Part shown: positions 41,781-50,380 of the stretch, one piece after another
Position numbering within the stretch: position 1 is the first letter of the stretch
Layout: the number at the start of each line of letters is the position of its first letter
Assembly (NCBI GenBank): GCA_019358915.1
Contig: JAHHIM010000033.1
Location: forward strand, 1 to 50,380
DNA from: Trichormus sp. ATA11-4-KO1
Lineage (GTDB): Bacteria; Cyanobacteriota; Cyanobacteriia; Cyanobacteriales; Nostocaceae
DNA: 50,380 nt
Direction of reading: 5' to 3'
Notes under the pieces: generated by a model
Databases searched by the model: none
Told to the model about the DNA's origin: nothing
The model's input: only the letters and a program-made list of their open reading frames with translations
Program-made: the position numbers and the translations under genes

Positions 41781-43043
41781 TCAAAGAGAAATTTTGCTAT
41801 CAGTAGGTTGATCCAACAAATCATAAGGATGGTATTCAACTAGTCGGATATTCCAAGGGTTTTGCACCCGATAGACAATACCCCGCCATTTAACTGTTGA
41901 CATCCACAGTGAAGATAACATCGCTAACCCATACACCCACTGTGTTAAGGGGATAGCAATCAAGATTTTTCCTATTGTGGCAAGCGATAGTTGTGTGATT
42001 GGCTGACCATGAGAGCGAGTTACTTGTTGTACTCCTAACTCTAATATAAGCGTCAGCAAGAGTAATCCTACGGTATAGATGCTATAAGAGGCAAATAATA
42101 AAGCTGCTAAATCCCATTGTGTATCTAACAACGACAACACAAACAAGACTATGACTAGAGAAGGAAACAGGATACTAGAAATAGCATCACCAATTAAAGC
42201 CAACCAGCGAGGATGATAAAGTCGAGAATAGAAGATTAGGCGTTTGAGAGAGTCTATTAAACCCAGTAAATCGCACTCTTCGCGATTGAGCATAATTAAA
42301 GAAGGCACAAATTTGACTTGCATTCCATGTTTTTTGAGGATATTGTGCATCATCAAATCTTCTCCGAAAGCCTGTCCCCACTTATCTAGCAGTCCTGTTT
42401 GGCGTAGTACATCTGTTTTTATAGCCAAAGTCCCACCCCAAGGAATTTGGAACAGGTACATCTGCACAACTGTGGAGACGTTACCGATGTAACGTACTAA
42501 AGAACCCCAATAATTACTTGTAGGCACATACCAACGGTTACCCGTCGTCGCCCCAATTTTCGGATTAGCTAGGGGACTTACTAATTCACGCAGCCAATTA
42601 GCATGGACTATTGTATCGGCATCAACTAAAGCAACTACCTGATAGGAATTGTCCAACTCAGAAACAGCTTGCACTAGAGAACTGCATTTAAGACTACAGT
42701 TGTGACGTATAATCCTCAGTGGGCTGATTTGGACGTTGGTAGCTTTTTGTTCATTGATAGTATCGCTGGCAATTTGCCAAGCAGGATCATTTTGACTATC
42801 AACGATCAACTTTAAATCATATTCTGGGTAATTCTGATTTAATAGCGCCTGCAAGCAGTCGGGTAAAAACGGATCAGCACCGCGTAAGCAAAGAATCACC
42901 GCCGTTTTGGGTAATTGCTCATCGGGTAATAAATTTTTTCGGTGTGAGCGTAGTATGTAGAACAGGAAAACCAGCGCTAAACACATTTGAATAGCTAGCC
43001 AACTCAGCAAAGACTTAGAGAAAAATATCGTCAACTCTTTCAT
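41781..43043 (-). CDS. Membrane GT2/GT21-like glycosyltransferase, tandem paralog (All5343-like; start moved to ATG 43043)
   Basis: Same motifs as the neighbour with long shared stretches such as LPDEQLPKTAVILCLRGADPFLPDCL. Confidence 0.85.
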   Translation of the reverse strand: MKELTIFFSKSLLSWLAIQMCLALVFLFYILRSHRKNLLPDEQLPKTAVILCLRGADPFLPDCLQALLNQNYPEYDLKLIVDSQNDPAWQIASDTINEQKATNVQISPLRIIRHNCSLKCSSLVQAVSELDNSYQVVALVDADTIVHANWLRELVSPLANPKIGATTGNRWYVPTSNYWGSLVRYIGNVSTVVQMYLFQIPWGGTLAIKTDVLRQTGLLDKWGQAFGEDLMMHNILKKHGMQVKFVPSLIMLNREECDLLGLIDSLKRLIFYSRLYHPRWLALIGDAISSILFPSLVIVLFVLSLLDTQWDLAALLFASYSIYTVGLLLLTLILELGVQQVTRSHGQPITQLSLATIGKILIAIPLTQWVYGLAMLSSLWMSTVKWRGIVYRVQNPWNIRLVEYHPYDLLDQPTDSKISL

Positions 43044-43176
43044 GAAATATATTGTCTCCGGCAAAGTTGGCTTTGTGTAACAGCGAGTCGCGATCAAGGA
43101 TTGTGAGGGAGATGAGGAGATTAATTGTTAAGAAGGCTTTTCCTACTCCTCACTCCCTACTCTCTACTCCCTAATC

Positions 43177-43644
43177 TTATGGATCGAGTGAATATTTCAA
43201 GAAAATGTCAATTGTTGTGTTTTGGTTCATGATAAAACTGGCATCATGAAACTTTGGTGTACCCGTTAGTATTGAAACAGTAGGATTTCTGGAGACTCCA
43301 AAACCTTCTTTAGGAATACCAAAAAAGTCTTTATTGAGCTGGCGATCGCCATTTTGATCATCTACTACTGCTACTGCATAATTGCCTGGTTTTAAACCAG
43401 TAAAATCATGAGTTACAGTATCGCTTTTAGGCTTGACACAAGCACTTTTTAATACTTGATTAGTATTCATGGGGAATCCTTTGGCACTGGAGTAAACTCC
43501 CATGCAAATTTCGCCTTTTTGGTTACTAATTCCATTTACTACCACTGTAAGTGTGCCAGTAGATTCGGCATTAACTGGGCTAACAAAATTAATGCTCAAC
43601 AAACTAGCTAACAGAAGATAAGGGAAATGAGTTAATTTCAGCAT
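43177..43644 (-). CDS. DUF2141-family exported protein
   Basis: Signal peptide; L.V.V.G....KG, PG.YAVAV..D.NG...L.....G.PKEGFG.S.NP. Confidence 0.85.
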   Translation of the reverse strand: MLKLTHFPYLLLASLLSINFVSPVNAESTGTLTVVVNGISNQKGEICMGVYSSAKGFPMNTNQVLKSACVKPKSDTVTHDFTGLKPGNYAVAVVDDQNGDRQLNKDFFGIPKEGFGVSRNPTVSILTGTPKFHDASFIMNQNTTIDIFLKYSLDP

Positions 43645-43686
43645 GATTGGGTTATATCAACAAGTGATTTTTGATTTTTCAACAAA

Positions 43687-44706
43687 CTAAGAAAGTAGAC
43701 TTTGGTCGTTGACCACAATTTCTTCCAGAGGTGATTTACTAGTTTTAAGTGAAGTATTTTGCCAACGTTGCCAAATTGTTTGAATTGCTTTCACTAAATC
43801 TTGTAGTAAAAGAGATTCTGTACCTTTCAACTGCTGATAAATACTAATGTGGCAATATATCCGCTCAGACAAACTCAGTTGAAATAGCCAAATAGAAAGC
43901 ATATACTCCCATAATATTCTCCAATGCGGAAATAAAAGTTTTCCTTTTTTAGCTGAATCAAACCACACTGTGTATCCATAAAAATCTGGTAACATGCAGA
44001 GCGAATATTCAGCTTGGTTATTCGTAAATGACCGATAACTAGGGAAGAACATACTCAATGATTGTTGCGGATGAACTCTAGCAAAGAACAGGTATTCGGG
44101 AATTTCATAAAATTGACCCAATAAACCCAGTCTTAACAATAAAATGCCATCCGCAGTACCGTAACTACCCATAGGTGGTACTATTTTGAGGGCGCTGGTG
44201 CGGATTACACCGTAACATTGATAACAGAGATGTTTGGTAAGTAACTCGTGAAAACGCTCGTGGGGTTTTGGTGAATTGGTGTTGAGTTTGATATTGTAGT
44301 TTTGCAAAAAATTGCCGTTTTCGTCAATAAAATATACCTGAGAATGGCACAAAACTACTCTAGGGTTATAGTCAAGTACCTCAACACATTTCACGAGAAA
44401 ATCTGGAGCGTGTAAATCATCATAAGCTGCCCACTTAAAGTATTTGCCTACAGACAATTCAAAGACTCGATTAAAGTTACGAGAACAACCTAAATTCTTA
44501 TCGTTGCGGTAATATCGGATACGTTTATCTTGAGCCGCATATGCTCGACAAATTTCTTCAGTTTTATCTGTCGAGGCATTATCTGAGATGATTAATTCAA
44601 AATCTGCAAAAGTCTGAGCTAACAATGAATCTATGGCTTCTTGGATAAATTTGTCGCCATTGTATACAGGCAATCCGATGCTCAATTTCGGCTGATTTTT
44701 GCTCAT
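43687..44706 (-). CDS. Soluble GT2-family glycosyltransferase
   Basis: SIGLPVYNG, QTF.DFELIISDNASTD, N.G...NFN, YFKWAAYDD. Confidence 0.9.
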   Translation of the reverse strand: MSKNQPKLSIGLPVYNGDKFIQEAIDSLLAQTFADFELIISDNASTDKTEEICRAYAAQDKRIRYYRNDKNLGCSRNFNRVFELSVGKYFKWAAYDDLHAPDFLVKCVEVLDYNPRVVLCHSQVYFIDENGNFLQNYNIKLNTNSPKPHERFHELLTKHLCYQCYGVIRTSALKIVPPMGSYGTADGILLLRLGLLGQFYEIPEYLFFARVHPQQSLSMFFPSYRSFTNNQAEYSLCMLPDFYGYTVWFDSAKKGKLLFPHWRILWEYMLSIWLFQLSLSERIYCHISIYQQLKGTESLLLQDLVKAIQTIWQRWQNTSLKTSKSPLEEIVVNDQSLLS

Positions 44707-44750
44707 ATAAAACAATGTTAATAAAAATTTCCAGATGATTTAACTAATTT

Positions 44751-45740
44751 TTAGATATTAGTTTTTTGCATCCATGCTTTTGTTAGCTGTAATCCATTTT
44801 CTAAGTCAATTTTTGGTTTGTAATCTAACAAGTTTTGTGCTTTGGTAATAGAATAAGCATGAGGACGACTCATAAAATCTACAGACTCTGGCAAGATGTC
44901 AGCTTTTTTCCGAAAAAGTTTTTGTCCTTGGGCACGCAATTTCAGAAATAACTTCATTTCATCTTTTGGTAAAGACATTGGTGCAGCTAAACCTTCCATT
45001 GCCGCTAGGCGCATAAAATACTCTTTCCAAGAGGTATTCTGTCCGTCGGTAATATTAAATATTTCACCGTATGTTTCTTTTTCTACTGCTAGGAATATGG
45101 CATCAATCAAGTTGTCTATATATACATGATTAATCACCCCTTTGCCATCATTAGCATAAGCAAATAATTTCTGACGCATCATCAAAATTGGTCTGACTAC
45201 CCAAGAAGTACTCCCAGGCCCATAAACATCTCCGGCGCGAATAATGATGACACCAAAATCTGGAGGAGAATTCAAAGGTAAAAGTTCTGTTTCGGCTTCG
45301 ATTTTTGTTTGGCAATAGGGATTATTTTCACCAGAAAGCGGGCCAGACTCCGTAATACCATCTGGATAATTAAAGCCATATACCATCACACTAGAGAGAT
45401 GGACAAAAGTTTTGACACCAGCTTTTTTGGCAGCCTGAGCTATATTGACTGTACCGCCAACATTGACTGCACGGAAATCTTTGATTGAGCCAGCTTCTTG
45501 GGCAATTTGAGCCGTATGTAAAACAATATCTACACCCTGACAAGCTTTTTGTGCAGTTATCGCATCGGTAACATTACCAACTATTATCTCAGCGCCCAAA
45601 TTTTGCGCTGTTTTATTTTCATCGGTAGAACTTTGTAGTCCCCGAACCTTCATTCCTTGCGCTATGGCTAATTCGGCTGCACGCAAACCGATAAATTCAT
45701 CAATTCCGGTAATCAAGAGAGTTTTGTCTTGGAGGTTCAT
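44751..45740 (-). CDS. hgdA: NAD-dependent epimerase/dehydratase, HgdA-like (start moved to ATG 45740)
   Basis: LITG...FIG, VHLSS..VYG, YCQTK (YxxxK), R...VYGPG; immediately downstream of hgdC. Confidence 0.8.
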   Translation of the reverse strand: MNLQDKTLLITGIDEFIGLRAAELAIAQGMKVRGLQSSTDENKTAQNLGAEIIVGNVTDAITAQKACQGVDIVLHTAQIAQEAGSIKDFRAVNVGGTVNIAQAAKKAGVKTFVHLSSVMVYGFNYPDGITESGPLSGENNPYCQTKIEAETELLPLNSPPDFGVIIIRAGDVYGPGSTSWVVRPILMMRQKLFAYANDGKGVINHVYIDNLIDAIFLAVEKETYGEIFNITDGQNTSWKEYFMRLAAMEGLAAPMSLPKDEMKLFLKLRAQGQKLFRKKADILPESVDFMSRPHAYSITKAQNLLDYKPKIDLENGLQLTKAWMQKTNI

Positions 45741-45811
45741 AGAGGTAGGGGTTATGGGTAAATTAATGGAAAGCATAGTTTGTAGTCAGGACTTTAGTCC
45801 TGATTAACTAA

Positions 45812-46990
45812 CTAAAAAATATCTGCCGGGTCTGCGGAACGAAGTTTATTAATAGCGAGTGACCCAGAGGTGATACACATTAAAACTGCCGAAACTAAGA
45901 CAATCACTGCATTATTAGTTGTCATCATAATTGGCAATTTAGTAGCTTCCATCGCGAAATTATATAAGATGATAGACAAGATAAATCCTGGTATATAACC
46001 TAATAGAGCCAAGATTAATGCTTGTTGAAAGACTACATTTAGGAGATATAAATTGGCATATCCAATAGCTTTTAAAGTTGCGTAAGCCACAAATTGAGTA
46101 GCAATATTGCTGTAGAGAATTTGATAGACAATGACAACACCAACAACCGCAGCCATAGTTAGCATCAGGTTAAGGATAAAACCGATTGGTGTTCTCACAG
46201 ACCAATATTGTTTTTCAAATTCAATAAAACCTTGACGAGTGAAAATTTGGACGTCATTAGGTAAACTTGCTGCCAAATTTTGCAAAACTGTATCTGCGTC
46301 TGCACCAGGATTGAGGGTAATGACACCTATATCAATCATTTCTGCTGTACGCAAATTAGCATTTATTTTCAGGAAAGATGAGTCGCTAACAATTAAATTA
46401 CCATCTACACCAAAAGAAGGACCTAAAGTGAATAAACCACCTACTCTCATTCTGAAACCAATCCGAGCATCAAAAGGAAATATTTCAATTATTTGCTCAT
46501 TATTTCCTTTCTCAAAATTGGCAGCAATGGGACCAAACTCTGGTCTGGAAATTTTGTCAAAAAGTACAATGTCAGGGATTTTCAGTAGGTCTAAATTTTG
46601 AGATACTTCAGGTAAATTCATTACAGAGCGACCTGGATCTAAGCCAATCACATAGATTGAATATTTCTCTCCGGTCACGGGATTTTTTAATTTTGCAAAT
46701 TGCAAGTATATGGGACTAACTGACTCTACCCCATCAAATCCTAAGGTTTGTTGCAAACGACTCCGAGAAAAGCTTTGAGTTGCGGTTAAAGCTTTATATT
46801 GTGAACTAACTAAAAATAAATCACCTTGAAGATTTTGATGTAAAGCGGTAGCACTAGAATATAGTGCATCTTGAAAACCTAGTTGGATAAATGTTAGCAG
46901 CACAATAAAAGCAATTCCACCTACAGCTACCAAAAAACGTGCTTTTTGTTGAGCTAGCTGTAGCCACGCCAAAGGAATTTTAAATTTCAT
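45812..46990 (-). CDS. hgdC: DevC-family ABC permease, HgdC (start moved to ATG 46990)
   Basis: IPLAWLQL, GIAF...L...QLGF..AL, VG.VIVYQILY, YATLKAIGY, KLRSADPADIF. Confidence 0.85.
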   Translation of the reverse strand: MKFKIPLAWLQLAQQKARFLVAVGGIAFIVLLTFIQLGFQDALYSSATALHQNLQGDLFLVSSQYKALTATQSFSRSRLQQTLGFDGVESVSPIYLQFAKLKNPVTGEKYSIYVIGLDPGRSVMNLPEVSQNLDLLKIPDIVLFDKISRPEFGPIAANFEKGNNEQIIEIFPFDARIGFRMRVGGLFTLGPSFGVDGNLIVSDSSFLKINANLRTAEMIDIGVITLNPGADADTVLQNLAASLPNDVQIFTRQGFIEFEKQYWSVRTPIGFILNLMLTMAAVVGVVIVYQILYSNIATQFVAYATLKAIGYANLYLLNVVFQQALILALLGYIPGFILSIILYNFAMEATKLPIMMTTNNAVIVLVSAVLMCITSGSLAINKLRSADPADIF

Positions 46991-47219
46991 GGATTCACTA
47001 TTTGTAATTCGTAATTCGTGGTACAAGCACCTGAATTTATGATTAATTTATTGATGATGATGGGGCGTTAACTCCAAGACCCCATACCCAATGACCAAAT
47101 AATTACTAATTCGTAATTCGTAATTCGTAATTAAAGAGGGTACAGAACTACCACTGATTGTAACTACGTACAGCCTGGCGGCATCCGTAGGCTCTATTAT
47201 CAATTACGAATTATGTTGA

Positions 47220-48425
47220 CTATATCTGAATGGCAACATCTACTTGTAAGTTAGTTAAACGAGCTAATCTTTCACTATCTGCGGGGTCATCAATACTGAT
47301 TTTGACCTCAACTATGCGGCGGTCTGTGTCTGCTGTGGGATTAACACTAAAGATGCTTTGTCTCTCGATTTGCCAACCAATTTCGTTGACAGTTCCGGAA
47401 ATTTTGCCAGGAAATGCTGTGCTAGTAATGGTGGCTTTTTGACCTACCCTGACTTTTTGAATGTCAGTTTGATACACTTCTGCGACCACGTACATTTGAG
47501 ATATCTTACCTATCTCAGCAAAGCCTGTATTACTAATTACTTCGCCTGTTTTGGCGTGAATTTTTAAAATTTTGCCATCTACCGGAGCTTTGAGGTAAGT
47601 TAATTCTTGGTCGGCTTTTGCCTGTTTGATAGCAGTTACCGCACTATTCACTTCAGTTTGTGCCAATTCAATATCGACAGGACGAACTTCGCTAATACTG
47701 TTAAGTCTAGCTTTAGCTTCTTTTAGTTGATCTTGGAGAGTGTTTTGAGTGCGGTTGAGGCTGGCTTTGGCTTCTGTAAGCTGCTGTTGTGCCGTCTTAA
47801 GTTGTAATGCTTTACTATCTGCGACAGAAGCCGCGATCGCACCTTGTTTATATAATTGCTGATATCGTTCGTTCTCTGTTTGCGCGTTGTCTACCTCAGC
47901 TTGGATGCGGCTGATTGTTGCTTGTCCTGCTGCAACGTCTCCTTTTAATTGTGACTCTAAACGGGCGATCGCCGCTTTTTGTGCTTCAATATCCCCGGTT
48001 CTCGCCCCAGCTTTTACCTGTGCTAGTCTGGCTTTGGCGACTTCTAGTTGGTCTAAAGACTGTTGCAGGGCGGCTGTAGAGCGAGCATAATTTTCTAAAT
48101 AAGCCAATACTTGTCCAGCTTTAACCTCTTCTCCTTCCCTGACTAACAGTCTTTCTACCCGCGCACCGTTGACTGAATTGGGTGCAGATAAATTAGTGAC
48201 TTCTCCTTGAGGTTGTAACCGTCCCAAGGCTGTGACTGCAAGTTTGACGGGGGTAGTTTCTGTTGTGGTTTTTGTTGGTGGAGTCTGAACTTGAGAGGAA
48301 GTCCGATTTGGTGAAAAACTATGGAAAGCAATGATTCCGGCTAATAAAGTGATGGAACCTGCTAAGATTATCCGCCACCGATTTAAGGGTTTGATGATTA
48401 ACTGGCTTTGTTTGTTTGCTGCCAT
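47220..48425 (-). CDS. hgdB: DevB-family membrane fusion protein, HgdB
   Basis: VTALGRL.PQGEV..LSAP, QVKAGA..G.I.AQ, MYVVAEVYQTDI, D.R.VEVKI, LTNLQV.V.I. Confidence 0.85.
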   Translation of the reverse strand: MAANKQSQLIIKPLNRWRIILAGSITLLAGIIAFHSFSPNRTSSQVQTPPTKTTTETTPVKLAVTALGRLQPQGEVTNLSAPNSVNGARVERLLVREGEEVKAGQVLAYLENYARSTAALQQSLDQLEVAKARLAQVKAGARTGDIEAQKAAIARLESQLKGDVAAGQATISRIQAEVDNAQTENERYQQLYKQGAIAASVADSKALQLKTAQQQLTEAKASLNRTQNTLQDQLKEAKARLNSISEVRPVDIELAQTEVNSAVTAIKQAKADQELTYLKAPVDGKILKIHAKTGEVISNTGFAEIGKISQMYVVAEVYQTDIQKVRVGQKATITSTAFPGKISGTVNEIGWQIERQSIFSVNPTADTDRRIVEVKISIDDPADSERLARLTNLQVDVAIQI

Positions 48426-48667
48426 ATTTTTATTTCCATTATGTTAAAGTCCGCAGGTTAAGCAATATGACTTGTGTTGCTGGATTTAGGATATGAAAAG
48501 CTCACGCAAAGGCGCAAAGGCGCAAAGGTGCAAAGATGAGTTTGGCTTTACATATTTGTGGGTTTTATGAATTTTGGTATGCCTGTATGCCACTTTAATT
48601 TACTAACATCGATGGTGGCGTTACTTCTAATCTTTCTTAGTTTTATCCTAATTTGACATCGCATCCA

Positions 48668-48681
48668 GTATCGTAAAATAC
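48668..48681. promoter_or_regulatory. Candidate NtcA site in the divergent hgdB / parB-like promoter region
   Basis: GTA-tcgtaaaa-TAC (GTA-N8-TAC) inside a longer imperfect palindrome cagtatcgta-aaa-tacgatattg. Confidence 0.5.
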
Positions 48682-48775
48682 GATATTGTCATTGGTCATT
48701 ATTTGCTCTCTCCCTCCCTACTCCCCAAATTATGTATACTGGTTCTTTGACTGATTGCACCAAAAAGCTGTAATT

Positions 48776-50107
48776 ATGCCCATAGTGCCTATAGACCAAA
48801 TTCGCATTGGTCAGAACCGCCGACCGATTAAGGGTGAGAAGGTTGATGAATTGAAGGAGTCGATTAGGGCTAATGGTCTATTAAACCCAATTACGGTAGA
48901 CCAAAAGTTGACTTTGATTGCTGGTCTGCATCGGTTGACTGCTTGTCAGCTATTGGGGTTGGAGGCGATTGAGTGTAATATTGTCAATTATCAAGACGCG
49001 GATCAGGCGCGGTTGGCGGAAATTGACGAAAATTTGATTCGTAATGAGTTGGAACCGTTGGAACGTTCGGAACTTTGGTATGAGCGTGACCAGATTCTCG
49101 CACGGATGGGGCTGAGGGCAAAGGCTGGAGATAATCAACATACTACTAAAGGTGGTGAAATGATTTCACCACCTTTAAAACGCACGGTGGAGTTGGCAAA
49201 GGAGGTGGGCTACTCGGAACGCACTTTTCAGCATGGTAAGCAAATTGCTAAAAGTATTCATCCAGAGGTGAAACAGATAATTAAGCGATCGCCTATTGCT
49301 GATAGTCCGACGGTGTTACTCAAGATAGCTAGGGCTGGTAGTCAGGAACGAGCGGCGGCGGAAGCGGCGCAACAGGCTTGGGAGTTAGCCCAGGCGAGGG
49401 GAGATGAAGCAGAGGCGGCGCGGTTGGCTCAATTGATAGTGGAGGCGAGAAATCAGCAAAAAGAGTTACAGATTTTGGCACATAAAAGTGCTATGTCCCA
49501 AAGGGCTGCTAAGTTGGCACAGAAACAGGGTCAACGTCAGCCAAAATCGGTGAAGGAACCAGCCGATACTCAGGTGAAGGTGGGAGATGAATGGCTGCTA
49601 GGTCGGCATTTGGTGTATTGCGGCGATACGACTAGTGCAGATTTTACCAACTTGTTACCTTCGGATGCGGCTCTGGCGATCGCTACTCTTTCTTCTACCT
49701 GGGAGCATGATTATTTGGTGAATGAGGCGCGGGTGGTGGCAGTGTTGCGTTCTGAGGGTCAGATTTATGAATTTTATCGCCGTTGCCAAATGCCTTTTCA
49801 ATATGAGTTGCTGCTGGGTAATGTTTATGTGGGTATTTTTTCTCATCAATTGATATCTCGGCCGCAGGCTCCTATCAATATTGAGGGTGTGGAAGGGATT
49901 GTTAATTATTTAATTAATTTGTATACGAATCAGAATAATTTTGTGATTGCTCCTTTTATGGGGCATGGGGAAGTTTTGGTGGCTTGTGAACGGTTGGGGC
50001 GGATCTGTTTTGTGGGAGATGGCAATTTGGAGGCGTTACAGCGTGGGGTGTTACGGTGGCAACAGTTGAGTGGGAAGAAGGGGAGTTTAAATGCAGAGGG
50101 GCGCTAA
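48776..50107 (+). CDS. ParB/Srx N-terminal domain fused to a degenerate DNA-methylase-like C-terminal domain (Alr5348-like; start at ATG 48776)
   Basis: L..SI...GLLNPI.V.....LIAGLHRL.A, AEIDENL.R..L; C-terminal GD.W.LGRH...CGD.T and PFMGHG..LVACE.LGR.C. Confidence 0.85.
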   Translation: MPIVPIDQIRIGQNRRPIKGEKVDELKESIRANGLLNPITVDQKLTLIAGLHRLTACQLLGLEAIECNIVNYQDADQARLAEIDENLIRNELEPLERSELWYERDQILARMGLRAKAGDNQHTTKGGEMISPPLKRTVELAKEVGYSERTFQHGKQIAKSIHPEVKQIIKRSPIADSPTVLLKIARAGSQERAAAEAAQQAWELAQARGDEAEAARLAQLIVEARNQQKELQILAHKSAMSQRAAKLAQKQGQRQPKSVKEPADTQVKVGDEWLLGRHLVYCGDTTSADFTNLLPSDAALAIATLSSTWEHDYLVNEARVVAVLRSEGQIYEFYRRCQMPFQYELLLGNVYVGIFSHQLISRPQAPINIEGVEGIVNYLINLYTNQNNFVIAPFMGHGEVLVACERLGRICFVGDGNLEALQRGVLRWQQLSGKKGSLNAEGR

Positions 50108-50313
50108 GGTGAACGCAAAACAGCTACTTCCCGCCCCAATAAATTTTATGATTTTTTACCAGTGAGATGTTTCCCAGCCGCATCGAAGGCTTTCTTGACG
50201 CGATCGCCTACTCGGCTCAGACTCTGCTGAAAGCTTTCCCACTCGTCTTGCAACTGACTTTTCCCGTTAAGTCTCAAAAAGCTTGCTCAGAAGGGATTGT
50301 AGAAAAAGCACAG

Positions 50314-50380
50314 CATACACGGTACACTAATTGAAATTCTGTGCTAAAGGTGACAAGCAATGTTGGATTGGTGGGAGAAA
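50314..50380 (+). mobile_element. Possible left end of an IS4-family element, with a transposase start MLDWWEK at 50360 running off the window
   Basis: Only 7 codons visible; resembles from memory the N-terminus of cyanobacterial IS4/Tn5-like transposases; left boundary is a guess. Confidence 0.35.

Noticed and set aside
45812..48425. Absence of a DevA-type ATPase beside hgdB/hgdC
   Set aside because: As I recall, this matches the known arrangement of the locus, so it is not unusual.

Overview
Chromosomal window from a heterocyst-forming filamentous cyanobacterium (Nostocales), judged from abundant HIP1 GCGATCGC sites, heptamer (STRR-type) repeats, nifJ and the hglT-hgdA/C/B heterocyst-glycolipid genes. 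From left to right: nifJ carrying three in-frame micro-insertions; a type I secretion operon (PPIase, cNMP/C39-like HlyB, HlyD); an FG-GAP repeat protein; a GC-rich GNAT gene; a Nif11-leader peptide; and an IF-3 gene with a probable ATC start. Next comes a ~15 kb block of extracellular phosphoesterases with Pho-box-like sites upstream: an internally deleted 5'-nucleotidase-type pseudogene, an ExeM/NucH nuclease, a PEP-CTERM-like protein and a 3113-aa multi-phosphatase. IS and hsdR debris follow at the 3' end of tRNA-Cys, then cpdA, cpcT and a TPR protein, a decayed iron-uptake region with two toxin-antitoxin pairs whose toxins are both broken, and the left arm of the heterocyst glycolipid cluster ending in a ParB/dead-methylase gene. 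The best candidate for an under-described system is a set of secreted proteins sharing a long DUF4114-type C-terminal module next to a PPIase-associated T1SS. All family calls come from motif recognition by eye; no searches were run.
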